From: Squalus acanthias
Taxonomy: Eukaryota
Direction: 5' to 3'
Length of the DNA stretch: 64,000 bases
Assembly (NCBI GenBank): GCA_030390025.1
Contig: CM059438.1
Span: forward strand, 82,398,001 to 82,462,000
The notes under the pieces are model-generated. The model was given only the letters and a program-made list of their open reading frames with translations. It did no database searches and was not told where the DNA came from. The first letter of the stretch is position 1; every line of letters starts with the position of its first letter. Both the position numbers and the translations under genes were made by a program. Shown here in pieces: positions 1-11,575 of the stretch.

Positions 1-657
1 AATAAAAATTCATTAAAAAAATTACAATGGCAAAGTAGGTAGAGCTATTTAAAAAGAAAATCAAAATTGCAGAACAGCATAATTTTTAGAACAGACCAAA
101 AATTGGAAAGGAAAAAATAATTTCCGAATCCTGATCTGATTTGGGGCAAGTATACAAAAAAAAAACCCACATTTTTTATACAAAAATCTTCAATCAAATC
201 ACATTTGCTCCATTATTACATTACAGCTGAAATATTGAAAATTATACCTTTTTCCCATGTCCCGAAAAATATTTTGCTCTCAATTTTGAAATGGATTTTT
301 TTTTTCTCCCTGAAGTGGAATGATTAATGTGCAGAAGCAGAAATAAAGCGTATTCTGTGCCTGGATGGGAAGGAGCTGTAACCCCCAGGTTTGTTATTTC
401 ACTTTATATAAAAACACAGCTGGAAGAAGTGGAGGGACATTACCTAAATTAAAGCCAACACCTTGACTGGGTCACATAGCATGCATGGCCTTCCTATTTA
501 TCAGTCCCTGTTGAGGCTCTTCAACTGTCACAAGCAATCACTGATGGACAAAGTGCACATGAAAATTAACTTCACATTTATATTGGACACAACTAAAATA
601 TTATCCGTGAAAATTATTGATGGATCACATGTAGCCAGATTTCAATGGAAGCTCACA

Positions 658-666
<9 letters not shown>

Positions 667-690
<24 letters not shown>
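667..690. repeat. (TA)n microsatellite
   Basis: Run of about 12 TA units. Confidence 0.9.
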
Positions 691-693
<3 letters not shown>

Positions 694-2434
694 GTAACTG
701 CACATAGGTAATATGCTTACCAGGATGCTGTATGCATAATAAAAATACATCTAGCACTCCTAAATTCTGTCACCTCTAATGGTGTCACATGGGATTGAAA
801 CAGAGAACATTATTTCTGAATGTAAACTACGAATGATACAAGAAGTGCCATAAGCTGATAAATTGCAGATTAAATGACTGCCACACTTCACTTCACTTCC
901 CCCCACTGTTAATTTCACACGTTCTGCTATTCAATGCTTTCAGGCCTGTCAATTTCGACTAATCGCGAGAGGCACTAAAACACTTGCCTCTGACAGTACA
1001 AGATCAAGAATGATGAACATCTTTCACTGCAAAAAACTAAATCCTAACTCAGGTGGATTGCATACATCACTTATGCACAAATCAGCAGTATGCCAGCAAG
1101 AAGAAATGATGTTGTGTGTGACAGCAGAGACATGACGTACAAATTCCACAACCGCAGCGGCTTAAGCTGGCTGTGACAAGCAACTGTTAAGTGCTTTAAA
1201 CTGCAGAGATGGTACATTGCAGATTGCTTCACTTACAACAATGCCGCATAAATTAATTACTTACTCGAAACGTTGCATCTTAATCGAGCTAAACTGGTTT
1301 CATTAAAAAGTGGGGGAAGGAGGGTTCTTTTGTTTCACTTGTGGCTCTCGATCCTCCCCACCCCCCACACCAGGAGCAGCAGCTTGCCATCTTCAGCCTG
1401 GGTAACTGAGCTGTGTGACCAAGTACCAACACTAACTCACTTCAGGCTAACCGCCCGACCTAAATTACTAACGACGAACTTTTTAAATTCCTGTGAATTT
1501 CTTGGTAAAATGATATGGGCCAACGGTGTCTCACCTATTCAGGGGAAGTCTCAGTGGGAAAGTGGGAGGTAACAGAAATTCATTAATACGGGATAGATTC
1601 TGGATTTTTAGTGCTTGTTCCAGTATTCAGTGTCCTCTTTAGTTCAGGCTGTAAGAGTGGCATTGGGTGTAGGTCCAATGTCACCAAAACAACTGCAAAT
1701 GCCCCCGGCACCCCAAAAGGAGAGGACAATTAATAGAAAAAGGACAACCTGTACAAACTAAAAAGGCTTGCTGCTACGGTTCAATTACAATTTGGTTATT
1801 TGTGTCAATAAATCTGTTGTTGCCCTGTGATGCCCACCAGACGCAGCAGCCCATAAGCAAATCGGTGGACACCAAGTCCAGAGTCACCGAGTAAGTACTA
1901 GAGCTTGGAACGTTGGTGATCAGTCAGGGAGACCCTCCTTGGTGATCTTTCTCATCCTCGACCTATAGATTGGCAGTTATTCACTGCCAAAGTTTGAAGA
2001 GAAGGCTGGTCGATGGAATCAACTCTTGTAGGGAATTTGGGAGTGTCAGATGATCACGGATTTAAGCAGTCATATCCCTGAGAAGATTTTGCATAATTTA
2101 TTTGACAATCAAGTACCTCAAAGCATTTGTGTTACTCTGTAATTGATGGCGGGTGATATGAAGTTACCCAGCATTGCAATTTCTGGGTATAGAAGGGAGA
2201 GAGAGAGATTATTTGCTCCTTTTGTCTTTTATCCCAGTAAATCACAGACATTAAAACTGTGGGGCAAAATCAATGAATGGCCAATGAAATTGTGAGTTGG
2301 CATTGCTGTTCCCCAATTTTCAGAAAGTAATTTTCCTCCTTTTAGGCCTCCTTACACCATACATCATTCCAAAGTTGAGTGATCAAGCAGGTAAACATGC
2401 TTCCAATATGTTACTCAGCACTGCTCCATAACCA

Positions 2435-3290
2435 GGCTCAGTGAGTGGGCGAGAACATGGCAGATGGAATATAATGTGGATAAATGTGAAGTTATCCACT
2501 TTGGTAGAAAAACAGAAAGGCAGAGTATTTCCTAAATGGTGAAAGATTGGGGGATGCAGATGCTCAAAGGGGCCTGGGTGTCCTTGTACATGAGTCACTG
2601 AAAGTGAATGTGCAGGTGCAGCAAGCCATCAGGAAGGCAAATGGTATGCTGGCCTTCATTACAAGAGGATTTGAGTACAGGAGTAAAGAAGTCTTACTCC
2701 AACTATATAGGGCCTTGGTGAGACCACACCTGGAGTACTGTGTACAATTTTGGTCTCCTTACCTAAGGAAGGATATACTTGCCATAGAGGGAGTGCAACG
2801 AAGGTTCACGAGATTGATTCCTGTGATGGCGGGACTGTCGTATGAGAAGAGATTGAGTAAACTAGGCCTGTATTCTCTTGAATTCAGAAGAATGAGAGGG
2901 GATCTCATTGAAGCATACAAAATTATTACAGGGCTTGATAGGGTGGATGCTGGGAGAATGTTTCCCTTGGCTGGGGAGTCTAGAACCAGGGGCCACAGTC
3001 TCAGAATAAGGGGTCGGCCATTCAGGACTGAGATGAGAAGAAATTTCTTCACACAGAGGGTGGTGAATCTTTGGAATTCTCTACCCCAGAGGGCTGTGGA
3101 GGCTCAGTCATTGGGTATATTCAAAACAGAAGTCGATAGATTTCTGACTAGTAAGGGCATCAAGGGATATGGCGATAGGGCCGGTGAATGGAATTGAGGC
3201 TGAAGATCAGCCATGATCTCATTGAATGGGAGCAGGCTCGAAGGGCCGAATGGTCGACTCCTGCTCCTATTTTTTATGTTCTTATGTTCT
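2435..3290 (+). mobile_element. CR1 LINE, young 5'-truncated copy (ORF2 C-terminus, 3' UTR, (TTCTTATG)n-like tail)
   Basis: ORF 2547-3197 has CR1 motifs DLGV, LYRALVRPHLEYCVQFWSP, RMRGDLIE, TRGHSL and RNFFTQRVVNLWNSLP. The element ends in TTTTTATGTTCTTATGTTCT. Confidence 0.95.
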
Positions 3291-5299
3291 ACTGTGGGAA
3301 GCTCTTGGCCTTCATTGGGTTGCCCTCACTCCCTCCCCAATGTCAAAGCAACTACTGCTCTACAGAACCCACTTAATAACAAGGCTTTCTCATTCATTAG
3401 TGCCAATATTCTGCACACATGTTGTTTATATTTGAATTAACACTTCTGTAGCTGGCACACATTAAACACAGAACAATTGTCCATAATATTATTTTAATGA
3501 ACCTGTAATATATTTTACGAATCCATAATAATTTTGCTCCATAGACCATGTACCCGATTTATTTCATTTAAAAGTAAATAGAACTCATAAAAATTAATAC
3601 TGTTCAAAGCCAAAAATAATCTTGAGGTTTTAAAACTCTACGGGTTCAAACAGTAAAATACCCAGGAACTGGACTGAGACTGACAATATGACTGCAGCCA
3701 AATTAAGCGTCTGTACAAATCTTTTAAATGTAAATGCAATCTAACAGCAATAATGAACTCAGAAGTCGCTGGTTATTTATGATTTTAGCATTTCTGTCTC
3801 CATTTTAGCACTTTATGTTGCCTTATTGGAGGATTCTTAGATGCTAAAATTAATGACAAGCACAGCTTCTCATTTATAATAGCTTAATTATGCTATTGCA
3901 TTCTCTTGACAATTATGGCTATTGGTAGTTTTTATGGATCATGTGCTTTTTTCGCTCGTTAACAAGATCTTGGATTTTCAAGATTATGAAATTTCTATGC
4001 AAGGGTAGATTTATGGAAATTTAGGAACGTTTGTTGATGTGAACTTTAATATTCCTCAATATGAAAACTTGTAAATGCAGAGACTGTTTAAACACTTTCT
4101 CAGCAGGAGAATAAAAACCTTTAAAAATGTGAGACCAACATTCTGAATTGTCTAACACGATTACCTAATAAAATAAGTTAGGGGCTTCAAGAACAACCTT
4201 AAAACCTGTGAATATTTACTGTGGTGCCTGCTATGGATATTTATTTTTTTGAGGAAGAAAAGAACATTCAGCTGTGAAAGAATAATAATCCCCTGAGCAC
4301 TATGTAATTTTTTTTTAAATTCTGCTGTTGCAGCATCAAATGCTGTCCAAAATCTCTAAGGCAGACTTAATTAGTTGCTGTGAGGAGGTTCTGTTGAAGA
4401 GCTTCAGTGGCACAGATTTAAAGCTGTTCTCTCAGAACTTTGCTAATTATCAGGTACTCGGTAATTTTGCTTGTCCCAGGTGACTGCGAGGTATCTTTAA
4501 AACTATTTGGCTGAATACCTCAGCCAATGATAAAATAGGCTGTGAGCACCAGGTAGCTAAAGTGCGTCAATGAACTGCTGTATCATCAAAGCACGTGGTA
4601 ATAATGGCACTTCAGGTCCTTCACACACCTGAGCTACTGAGAGTGCCTGAACCCAGCCTCTTGTCACTCTGCCACAGTTCAGTTCTGGCAATTTATTGCA
4701 AACAAAAAAGAGGATTTTGGTAAAAAGTAAAACCATTGATAACAGTCAGCAGATGAAAAATACCATCACATCAACCATACGCAAAAACCGTTAGCAACTT
4801 ATTAGAAATAAGCGAAACATTGTGTGAACTGACCTGAGCAAATCTTAATACGCAGTTTGAGATACCCTTACCTAACAAAAATCTATCAATCTCAGAGGAG
4901 GAGCAACATCTAGTTTGTGGAGATAAAAAGAAAACCTGAAATAAAAAACAGAGAATGTGGGAAAACACAATCGGCCAGTCAGCATCTGAAATAGAAACAG
5001 TTGGGCTCACATTTTGGGTGGGACCAAATCAATTAAACAGCTGACTCTCCAATGTTCCCTCACTCGCCAAGATCCCCACAGATAGCAAGACAGGCAAACT
5101 GTTAGAGGTGAGCTTTCTGATCAATGAGAGTAGACTGATCACATATAGAGCTATGTTTATTTTTAAGAGTAATAAGCATTACCTATGAACATTTGAAAAG
5201 GATGGGAAAGACCAACAAGCCCATCCAGATATTGTGCAGCTTTCCCACCCCCAACAGTGCATTAAAATAGGATTACTATTGGAATAATATGAACCAGGA

Positions 5300-5757
5300 A
5301 CAAGGAATATAAGAACTAGGGGCAGGAGTAGGCCATACAGCCCCTTGAACCATCATTCAATAAGATCATGGCTGAACTTCTACATCAACTCCACTTTCCC
5401 GCACTATCCCCATATCCCTTAATGCCCAAGCATCTATCGATCTCAGTCTTGAATATACTCAACGACTGAGCCTCCACAGCCCTCTGGGGCAAAGAATTCC
5501 AAAGATTCATAACCCTCTGAGTGAAGAAATTTCTCCTCATCTTAGTCCTAAATGGCCGACCCCTTATCCTGAGACTGTGATCCCTAGTTCTAGACTCTCC
5601 AGCCAGGAGAAACAGCCTCTCAGCATCTACCCTGTCAAGCCCCCTAAGAATTTTATACGTTTCAATGAGATCACTTCTCATTCTGCCAAACTCCAGAGAA
5701 TATAGGCCCATTCTACTCAATCTCTCCTCATAGGACAGCCCTCTTATCCCAGGAATC
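5300..5757 (-). mobile_element. CR1 LINE 3' fragment
   Basis: ORF 5385-5867 reads GLSYEERLSRMGLYSLEF...RRNFFTQRVMNLWNSLP. The 3' UTR and tail follow at about 5300-5385. Confidence 0.92.
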
Positions 5758-5918
5758 ATGGAACATAGGAACAGGAGGAGGCCATTCAGCCCCTCGAGCC
5801 TGTTCCGCCATTCCATTAGATCACGGCTGATCTGTATCTTACCTCCATTTACCCGCCTTGATTCCATATCCCTTAATACCCTTACCTAACAAAAATCTAT
5901 CAATCTCAGTTTTGAAAT
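5758..5918 (-). mobile_element. Second CR1 3'-end fragment abutting the previous one
   Basis: Separate tail (GAACATAGGAACAGG on +) and 3' UTR motif GGCCATTCAGCCCCTCGAGCCTGTTCCGCCATT. Confidence 0.85.
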
Positions 5919-7110
5919 TATGATAGGTTTGTACGTCTTTCTTGCCTCTAGAGATGTGACATGTCTTCACCTGACAACACCATGAGACATCCCTGTTGAG
6001 ATCCATTCTGTGACAAATTGCCTGGGTAAGCTGAGTGAAGGCCGACCACTATGTGGCCCTACCTGGTAGTGTGCCCATGTATCACCCACCCCCAAATTGT
6101 TTGATTTTATTAGGATGAAAACAATGTTGGCTCTGTGGGATTTAAATTATTTTTACAGCCAGATAAAAGACACATAACAGTGAGTGGTCCTTTATAGATA
6201 CAGCCTTCACTTTCTTCAGGCAGCCATTAAAAAAAGATGCCTCAGTATATCACCGAGTACCAGGCAACAGAAATGCCAGCTGACCTGAAAATCAGGCTTC
6301 AAGCTCACAGCTTTATCAATCAACCCACACCTGATGTGCCGCTGCTTCTGTCCTGGGTTATTACAGTTGTCTTCCTACCAAATCGTCAATCTTGATTTTA
6401 TCCACATTTGGAGACTTCTTACATCGGTTACTGTGCTAATGAAGTGAGAATAACACATGCGGCGGTGCTGGGGGGTGGGGGGAGTGTAAATGCACCTTTT
6501 TATTTCATGAGGGAGGGAAAAAAACAAGGGAGAATGATATTCAAGTCTTGATCGGGGTCTAAAAGGCAAACTCCACTGCCTGGTTGAGTATTGATCTTTG
6601 TGTCATATACCTGTGACATTTATTTCCAACAAAAATGTCAATACTTTACAGGCCTAATCAACAGGAGAAGCAGACAAATGAAAAAAAAAGACACTTTGAG
6701 AAGGAACAGGACAGAAAGAGCACTTTTCTCTTCACCAATCCGATCAGGCCTTTTTGTAAGGGCCCTGCAAGGAATCAGCGTCCTTTCCTAAAACTTACAA
6801 AAATCTTAGTTTGGGAAAATATACTGGAAAATAAAATTTAAATATGCAAATGCAACCTCTTTATCAGTGTCACCTTGTGGGAGTAGCAGATCTTTAACTA
6901 ATTTGTGAGTAAAAAATAATAATAAAGTGTCTTGTAGGCCACCCTCTGTGACTGGTATATAATTATTGGCTATCGAGTGTGTGTCATAGTCCATCACATC
7001 ACTACACGGCTGACAATTTAGCTTTAGATGGAGCAGATTCAGCATGGAAATATTAAACAGAGCTCTTATATAAGTAAAAACAAGCACAATCATGGTGAAT
7101 CAAATCCCTA

Positions 7111-7243
7111 AACACTGCAGTTGCTGGAAATTGGAAATAAAAACAGAAAATGTTGGAAACACTCAGCAGGCGAGGCAACATCTGTGGAGAGAGGACGGAG
7201 GTTAGGTTAACATTTTAGGTCTGTGACCCTCCGTCAGAACTGG
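7111..7243 (-). mobile_element. Penelope-like terminal-repeat fragment with a decayed hammerhead core
   Basis: Homologous to 11477-11575. The core reads CUGACGG...AAAA instead of CUGANGA...GAAA. Confidence 0.65.
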
Positions 7244-7339
7244 CTACTTTGCAGTCAGTGTGAATTAGCTGTTCATTCCAGATAGCTGCCCGATTTAATC
7301 TTTTGGATGGCACATTAAGTCGAGTTCCCACCTACCATA

Positions 7340-7607
7340 AGTGGCACTGTTTGAAGAAGAGCAAAAAGAATTCTCCCAGTGTCCTGGCCAACATTCTACC
7401 CGCAAACAGCGTTCAAACAAAAGAAAACACATTAACTGGCCATTCATTCCATTTGCTGTTTGTGGGGATTTTTGCTGTGTGTAACTGGCTGCTGTGCTTG
7501 CCTATATCGCAGAGACTGCGCTTCGGAAGTAACTGGTTGGTTGTGAAGTGCTGTGGGGTCCCGAGGTAAGATGGTAAGGTGCTAGATACATGCAAGTTGT
7601 TCCTTTC
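7340..7607 (+). mobile_element. Degenerate Deu-domain SINE, 3' half
   Basis: GGCACTGTTTGAAGAAGAGC...TTGCTGTTTGTGGG...ATGCAAGTT, matching the younger copies in this window. Confidence 0.7.
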
Positions 7608-8562
7608 GTTGTTAATAAGAAAGCCAAAGTAATGACAAATTAATGCAACTGATGGCCTTTGGACAGTCAGTGTCTTCAGGAGGGGAGAAAATTGGAAAAG
7701 GTGAAGAAATGTGTGCAGCATCAGGCAATACCGTTGAAGACCCCCCAGTGTCTCACGTTATATAATATTCACTGCCAATCCATCTGTCTTTGGAATCTGA
7801 AGTGTTATTTTTTTTTCTCTAAACCTGCTCTAGTCAGTTGATGCATCAAATAAGTAAAACTCGTCTACTTAATCATAGTCAGATATGGCCATGGCTTTCA
7901 AAACCTGTCATTTAGCCCACAACCGAGAAGTCATAACATGATAACTGGAAGCAGCTAAGTACTGCAGGACTGCTTTGTGAGTTTTGTTCCTGTTCAACTC
8001 ACCACCACCCCCAACAAACTCAGGTCTGTTGAGAATGCGCTTAATCCTCCTGGCCCTGCTATTCTTCAGTTTTGAAAATGATACAAATGTGGGAAATGCT
8101 GCAGTTCGCTGTTGAGGAATTGTGAAGGAATCCATTTAGTTTCCAGACAGATATTTGATAGACATGTGACAGAAAATAGTGGAGGTTTTCAGAAGGCAGA
8201 TAGTGTGAAGCTGATCGAGGGATTGGATAATGCCTTAATTAACGAAGTGGGCGAAGGGATTGAATAAGAACAGGTTAAATATTTCTACGCCAGTATTCAC
8301 AAAGGGTAATTTCAAGGGTTTCATGGTTTGCTTCACGCATCTCTGCACTCTCTGTACAACTGGCTTGAACCTGTTCTGTCTCGTTATGTATTCAAGCAAA
8401 GCTTGTAGATTCCGGATAAACTAGACAGATGCAATGATCACAGAACATCCTTAAAGCAACATTACCAAAACCTGAGACGTTAAAAAATGTGATGCTTAAA
8501 CCGAGCAACGAGCGCCGTTCTCTCCCTCTTTGACTCGGTCTCGGTTTACATCTGATTACACT

Positions 8563-8635
8563 TCTGTGAAACGCCTTGGGACATTTTTCACAGCGTTAAA
8601 GGCGCTATATAAAATGCAAGTTGTTGTTGTTGTTG
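8563..8635 (+). mobile_element. L2-type LINE 3' tail
   Basis: GTGAAACGCCTTGGGAC...TAAAGGCGCTATATAAAATGCAAG(TTG)n. Confidence 0.75.
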
Positions 8636-10514
8636 CTCCAGTGCTCACTGTCTGCTCTCACTGGAGCTGAGGTTGAGTAAAGACACCTCGAACCGATTCT
8701 CAGAAACAAGGTAGAGCTGAGCGGGTGTGACCAGGAGTCCAACCACACATCCTGAGCAGAAATACCTTTTTTGAAGAAAAAAAATTGACAGGTTTTATTT
8801 GTTATAAACCCTAAAGGGTCAGACCACTGTGGGACCTCACATGGAGTATTAACCTAAAATGTATACCTTTTGCTGGTCTTAAGTTTTATGCAGAATCATC
8901 CCAAACGCCAGCTCCCCCTTAAAATCACAAGTGAGAAACCACAGTACGCAGCACAATATAGTTTAAAAATCTTTCCCATTTAATTCTGCACAGGTTGTAC
9001 TCTGACACATCGCCTGCTCTTCAAGCACGCCACAAATCATATGCACATACCAGCTCCCATTTCCACATACAACACTTAAGCATCGTCACAAGTTCCATAT
9101 TAATATTATTTATGAATTCATTCTCCAACGATGACAGCAGTCACAGTGGATAACCGCCATCATTTCTCTAAAAGAAGCAAATTACTTAATAACAGCGGAA
9201 TCATATTTTCCAGAAACTTCCTGGGACTCGGAGAGAATGTTGATGCTTGTCAGATTGATTTGATGTGGAATACAACCTGTTTAGATCAAACAAAATACAC
9301 AGATCAGCTTCTGTGGAATATTATGTGTGGCTCAGCCACTGTACATCACGATGAGCGTTGATACAAAGTGGGAGGCACCTCAGTCCTTCAGGGCTGTCAC
9401 CGAGCCATCTCATGTTGGTATACAGTCTGTCGAGGTACTTGAACCAGTCCTTTCCAGCCTCTGGGTTGTTGTAAACACGAGCCCTGCAGGTCTAAGGAAC
9501 TACTTGATTGATTTAAGGCACCATATCTACTGCCACACAATTAACTTTCATTGCCTCCCCTTCCAGTTTATGCCAGAGTCACTACTGCAAGCGTGTTATT
9601 TACTGGTCCTCTGGGATTATAATTCAGTGCCTCACACATTTAATGCAGAGGTTTTGAAAGTTTAGAACACTTAAGTTAACCAAAATGATGTTTTAATAAA
9701 AGTATCTGGCAAGTGCTGCTTGTTTTTAATCCCAGGTTTTAAAAAGGTATCGTCACCCGCTGAAAGTTGCCTGTCGGGCTTTGAGGCGGACTTTGTGAGT
9801 GTGTGACACCTTGGCATGAGCATTAGAAATGACCTCCAGTCACTTGCACATAAATGGAGATGGTGCAGAGCTCTCTGGGGAGATTTGCCGCCAATCACCC
9901 TTTAAATAGGGAGTCTCATCATCACTTCCTCTTTCAAATATGAAACATCTCATATTTCTAAACCAGCATTTCACACAAATACTGGGTGGAGGTGGTGGGT
10001 AGAGGACCGGATGGAAAAGGGTGAACTGGCTGGGAGGAGTTACTGAGCCCAACAGTATGAGGCATCTGTGGTCCTTCCACCCCTGGTGGTGATGAACGAA
10101 AAACTGGTGGCCATAAAGCAAGCTCTCATTGTCAAACCTCAAATGTGAGAGCAAGCTGATGATAAATGGGAAAGATTAAATACATCTTGAAGTGTGATGA
10201 CAGGTGCAGGGTGTTCTGGTGACACCGTCCAACACCCTGGAGTGTATTACAGCCCCACAACACTCTCGAGCACCGGTCATCCTCCAGCTGACACAGACAC
10301 AGCCGCCAGTACTTCTGATGATGCACATATGGCTTATTTCTTAATAGTGCAGTCGGTCCTGGTAGGACCTGGTACTTAAACATTCTGTGCTGATTGCCAC
10401 TGTTTGCATTGCCCTCCTCCCACCCACCCCCCCCCCGCCCCCCATGAAATGACTAAGAATTCAGTGAACTTTGTTGCATTAAACAATGTACAAACAATGC
10501 AAAGTGAAATGTTT

Positions 10515-10691
10515 TTAAATTCATTTATGGGATGTGGACATTGCTGGCAAGGCCAGCATTTATTGCCCATCTCTAATTGCCCTTGAGAAGGTGGTGGTGA
10601 GCCGCCTTCTTGAACCGCTGCAGTCCGTGTGGTGAAGGTGCTCCCACAGTGCTGTTAGGTCGGGAGTTCCAGGATTTTGACCCAGTGACGA
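10515..10691 (-). mobile_element. 3' end of the CR1-superfamily LINE also seen at 47549-48543
   Basis: Translates to VTGSKSWNSRPNSTVGAPSPHGLQRFKKAAHHHLLKGN, nearly the same as ORF 48155-48481. Confidence 0.9.
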
Positions 10692-10729
10692 TAATAGCGA
10701 GTGTTATAAAAAGTTTACAACATAGGAAC

Positions 10730-11460
10730 TGTAAGACGTTCTGATTGCCTGACAGTTTATAGAGTTCAGACCTGTGGAATAGACAACACAAAACCCAATG
10801 AATCTGTGAAACATCTTTTACTTAAAAATCACAAGAGGTTACAAGTGATTACCAGAATACAAACTGGACTCAATTCATGTACTTAGCACAAGCAAGCATC
10901 TAAAATCATTTACTTTAAGCTCAGGTGATTATAAGCAAAACCACATACATACCATTCACCAGATGAGAGGTCAATTCAACGATGAACTAGACGTATGACT
11001 AACTTTAACTGGCAACTGACCAGGTCACCATCGACTATAGCCCCGACTGCAGCGGCAAATGTTTTGAAACAGTACCTTTTATACCCCAAAATTTGGCAAC
11101 CCTCCCACTGCGTACGTGTCCCTAACTATACGGCATAATGGTCAGCAGTTGTTTCCCAGACCCTCTTATCACTAGTCCGTTAGGCAACTGTGGGCCTTCA
11201 AGGCTCGGTACATTCCATAGTCTGAAGAGGTTTCTGTTATTGCACTGATTTCAGTCAATAGTCTGTTCCCACAGAACTTCAATAAGCTTGTTTTCCATAT
11301 CTGTTGAAAGACAATTGGCAGCTTTTACAGCTTACAAGTCAAGCAGTTTATTTTCTCATAGCAACCAGTCTTTGTCCTCGCGAAGCATGATGGTAAAATT
11401 TGGTCACTTTTAGATTCAGTCAAATGGAGATTCAGTCAAGTTTGCCATGACAGTGTTACA
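10730..11460 (-). mobile_element. Solo LTR, 731 bp (ERV1-like or Gypsy-like)
   Basis: Termini TGTAA...TTACA. TSD GAAC at 10726-10729 and 11461-11464. Minus-strand TATAAAAG at 11076-11083 and AGTAAA at 10817-10822. A 12-bp repeat AGATTCAGTCAA occurs twice in the putative U3. Confidence 0.75.
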
Positions 11461-11476
11461 GAACATAGGAACAGGA

Positions 11477-11575
11477 ATAACAACAGAAAACGCTGGAAAA
11501 ACTCAGCAGGCCAGGCAGCATCCGTGGAGAGAGAAAGAGAGTTAACGTTTCAGGTCGATGACCTTTCATCAGAAC
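11477..11575 (-). mobile_element. Penelope-like terminal-repeat insertion
   Basis: Flanked by direct repeat AGGAACAGGA (11467-11476 and 11576-11585). Contains a hammerhead motif. Confidence 0.75.
11541..11575 (-). ncRNA. Minimal type-I hammerhead ribozyme motif
   Basis: Minus strand: GUU-CUGAUGA-A-AGGUC(AUC)GACCU-GAAA-CG-UU-AAC. It has the conserved core, a perfect 5-bp stem II, a palindromic AACGUU stem III and a 3-bp stem I. Confidence 0.75.
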
